Shown here: one piece after another, positions 44,052-47,058 of the stretch
Layout of the letters: each line of letters begins with the position of its first letter
Position numbering within the stretch: position 1 is the first letter of the stretch
Source: Neophaeotheca triangularis
Lineage: Eukaryota
Direction of reading: 5' to 3'
DNA: 47,058 nt
NCBI GenBank assembly: GCA_054600435.1
Contig: BAAIJX010000015.1
Coordinates: forward strand, 434,001-481,058
Translations under genes and position numbers: made by a program
Notes under the pieces: model-generated
Told to the model about the DNA's origin: nothing
Database searches by the model: none
What the model saw: only the letters and a program-made list of their open reading frames with translations

Positions 44052-44552
44052 TCACTTACTCATCCTCCCATCCCCCAGCTCAAACCTCTGCACCTCCTGA
44101 CGCGGCGGCGCGCCATCCAACTCCACAACATTCGTCTGCGACAACCCCCGCTCCCCGCCTTTGTGGCCCAACCCCGCAGGACTCGCACACCTGTCCATGA
44201 AAACTTGCACATGCGCAGGGGTCTTCAGGCTTGATGTGCTCCCGAGCGCACTACCAGGAAGCACAACCGAGTTTGTGGCGGCAGGAGCATCGTGAGAATA
44301 GGAAAAAGCCGTTCCAGGCCGCGAAAAGGCTGTGTTGGGTTGATGGAACGTGAAAGCGGAGTCGTTGTGATTGTCGGGGAGTTTGTACATGAGTTTCGGG
44401 CCGCGGGAATTGCGGGATCTTTCTTTTCGGAGGAGGAGGAGGGTTGTGATTAGGGCGGTTAGCAAGGGTAGAGCGAGGCCCAGGGCTAGTCCGGCCATTT
44501 GACCGCTGGTGAAGAGGGTGCTGGTGTCGGGGCAGGTGGTTGTGGAGTCCAT
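44052..44552 (-). CDS. Small single-pass membrane protein (S/T-rich ectodomain, TM, cytosolic tail); upstream exon possible
   Basis: GQMAGLALGLALPLLTALITTLLLL followed by RKER; tail with VVELDG and RFELGDG; frame stays open upstream to a CTACAG acceptor near 44656. Confidence 0.7.
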   Translation of the reverse strand: MDSTTTCPDTSTLFTSGQMAGLALGLALPLLTALITTLLLLRKERSRNSRGPKLMYKLPDNHNDSAFTFHQPNTAFSRPGTAFSYSHDAPAATNSVVLPGSALGSTSSLKTPAHVQVFMDRCASPAGLGHKGGERGLSQTNVVELDGAPPRQEVQRFELGDGRMSK

Positions 44553-44708
44553 GTTGAGTGTGCTGTTCTCGCCGGAGGTTTTTGATGGTACTGTAGAGGC
44601 TGTAGAGACTGTGGTGGCGTATCGAAATGGACTCGTCAAGCTTCCTGTCTTGGCCCTGTAGTTTTATTAAGATTGAATGCAGGGAACATCAGTAAAGGGA
44701 GGAGAGTG

Positions 44709-44712
<4 letters not shown>

Positions 44713-44765
<53 letters not shown>
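44713..44765 (+). repeat. (GA)26 microsatellite
   Basis: Uninterrupted GA dinucleotide run. Confidence 0.98.
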
Positions 44766-44768
<3 letters not shown>

Positions 44769-45321
44769 GAAAGGAAAAGAATAGAAAGGAAAAGGTGGAA
44801 CAACAGGAATAACAGGAAACGGAGTGAAACAGATGTCCAAACTCCAAACCGTCGAGTTGGCAGGTCGGGGTCGGAAAGAAATGGAACAGATCAAACGGGG
44901 AATATCCAATCGTTAATGGATGTATCGTGTCGGCCATGTCTCATGTCTATCAGCCATGTCTCATGTCTTAGGATCAGCCTGTCAATTGATAGGAGGTATA
45001 AGTATCTGAGGGGCGGACTCCCGAAGTTGACCCGTACCTCGGCTCAACTCAACTGTAGCTCGACTTTCATCCATCATCCCATACCTCCTCTCCCTATGAG
45101 GTACCCGTCGCCTGGCCTCTAACCTAGGCTACTCCATGTCGTCCATCTTTCATAGCTACCTTACACTGTGTACCTTATTAATTCAACCATATCGAGGTAG
45201 GACCATATAGTTATAGCTACCTACCTAGCTACTTACACTCTTCCTGGTCACCACTCACTCCCCCCACCATCCCATCAACCTCATCTCCCTCCCACCCAAC
45301 ACAAAACCCATAGCATCCACC

Positions 45322-46356
45322 ATGTCCGGCGCAGCCAAAGCCCGCGTCCAAGCCCTCAGCGAACAACTCTCCGTCCCACGCCCCGACCCAGGCAAATTCG
45401 AAAACATCCCCCGAATCCCCACCATTGCCGGCGAGTCCAATGGCCCGTAAGTCCCACCCATGCTGCCTCCAACAGCCCAGCCCAACCCACACCACCAACC
45501 CAAACTAACACTCCCCCCTTTTCCTCCCCTCTCCAGCCGCGTCAAAGACAAAATCGTCATCATAACCGGCGCCAACTCGCCCCTAGGCATCGGCCGCGCC
45601 TCAGCCCACCAATACGCCCGCAACGGCGCCCGCGCAATCTTCCTCTGCGACGCCAGCGACGAGCACCTCACCACGCACGTCCGCGAGATCAAAGAACTAT
45701 ACCCGGCCTGCGAGTGCCAAGCCCGAAAAATCGACGCCGGGGACGAAAAGGACGTTTCGGCAGTCGTGCAAGAGGCGCTTCAGAAGTACGGGCGGCTGGA
45801 CGTCTTCTTCGCCAACGCGGGCATCGTCGGCAGCCATGCGCGCGTGACCGAGTGCGGCGCGGATGATTTTATGAAAGTCATGCGCGTTAATGCTCTGGGG
45901 GTTTTTTTGGCTGTCAAGCATGCTGCCAAGGCTATGATGGTGACGTCGCAGTCCAAGCCGTATCCCAGTGGGAGTATTATTGGCACGGCCAGCACGGCTG
46001 GGTTGAGGTCGAATGCCGGTGGGACCGATTACTCGGCTTCCAAGGCGGCGGTTATTAGTATTGCGCAGACGAGCTCGTATCAGTTGAGCGGGACGGGGGT
46101 TAGGGTTAATGCTGTATGTCCTGGGATTATTGAGACGGGCATGACGAGCGTGGTTTATGAAATGGCGAGGTCGAGGGGTACGGAGAAGAAGATTGGGCAG
46201 TTGAATCCGACCATGCGTGGTGGTGTGGCCGATGAGGTTGCCAGGGTTGCCTTATTCCTGGGCAGTGATGAGGCCAGTTATGTTAATGGCCAGGCTTGGG
46301 CTGTCGATGGTGGGCTGAGTGCTGGTCATCCTTTTGTGCCGGGAAAGATGGCGTAG
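45322..46356 (+). CDS. Classical short-chain dehydrogenase/reductase (about 314 aa); exons 45322-45446, 45537-46356
   Basis: ITGANSPLGIG, LDVFFANAGI, catalytic YSASK, VRVNAVCPG, SYVNGQ..VDGG; intron 45447-45536 (GTAAGT..ACTAAC..CAG). Confidence 0.94.
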
Positions 46357-47058
46357 GAAGAGAACTGCTAATCAGATTCACGTCGTGCGCTTGGATGGCA
46401 TTAAGGTCTCGGAGGAAGTGGTGGCACGTTGTGTCATGCAAAGCTCGTAAAGGCTGCCCGCTAGAGCTACGAACGCCCGACTGTTTCGTTTCCCTTGACC
46501 CAGTAGTCGCCAGAACCCAGTGAAGTGATCAAGGCTATTCCGTTTTGTTTCTATTTACACCCTTACTCCCATCCGAGAACATACCAACGCACTCTACTCT
46601 GTACCAACGCCGCCGCATATCCGACCAGACTCCTACAGGAAAGCTCGGAACAATTGCATTAGGAAAAAAAGAACAAAAGAAAAAGGAAAGCGAAAGAAAC
46701 CAAGAACGCGAAGACTCCACCTCAACAACCACCACCACAAAAACGCAACTCAAAAGGTAACAAATCAAAACCCCCCCCAACTTCGCCAAACGAAAGGAAC
46801 CACCAACCCGCCCCCCGACCAGCCTTTAAAAAAAAAACGACAGCGACAGCTCCAGCTCGCAACGACAAGTGCAAACCTCTCGTGTAACCGGCGACAGTAC
46901 ATCCTAGGTACTAAGGCACCCGACAAGAGACAGAAGCACAGCCAATGCAGCACAACCCCACCGACCCCCAAAACCTCCAGCAAATGGGGGCCCCCCCCCC
47001 CCCCCCCCCCCCCCCGGGGGGGGGGGGGGGGGTGAGAACGGGGGGGGGGGGGGGGCGC

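Noticed and set aside
46700..47058. C/A-rich tract ending in long poly-C/poly-G runs that could form a hairpin or G-quadruplex
   Set aside because: Lies at the window edge with increasing homopolymer content; most likely a low-quality contig end.

Overview
Eukaryotic, intron-containing DNA from a filamentous ascomycete (probably a Dothideomycete, inferred from gene content and short GT..CTRAC..YAG introns). It is mostly housekeeping: 3' end of a Taspase1-like gene, TYW1, a PQ-loop protein, URA2/pyrABCN, TRM2, ARC1, IDI1, MCM6, a GMC oxidoreductase, an SDR, a degenerate multicopper-oxidase-like gene, several low-complexity hypotheticals, two pseudogenes and two tRNA genes. The standout is a tRNA-Val(AAC) gene (30602-30757) with well-paired stems and two introns: a normal 24-nt anticodon-loop intron, and a 58-nt insert in the D-stem with all the signals of a spliceosomal intron (GTTCGT...GCTAAC...TAG). 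Also notable: URA2 lacks the whole pseudo-dihydroorotase domain, and the laccase-like protein has lost its copper ligands. All calls come from reading the sequence by eye; no searches or computations were run.
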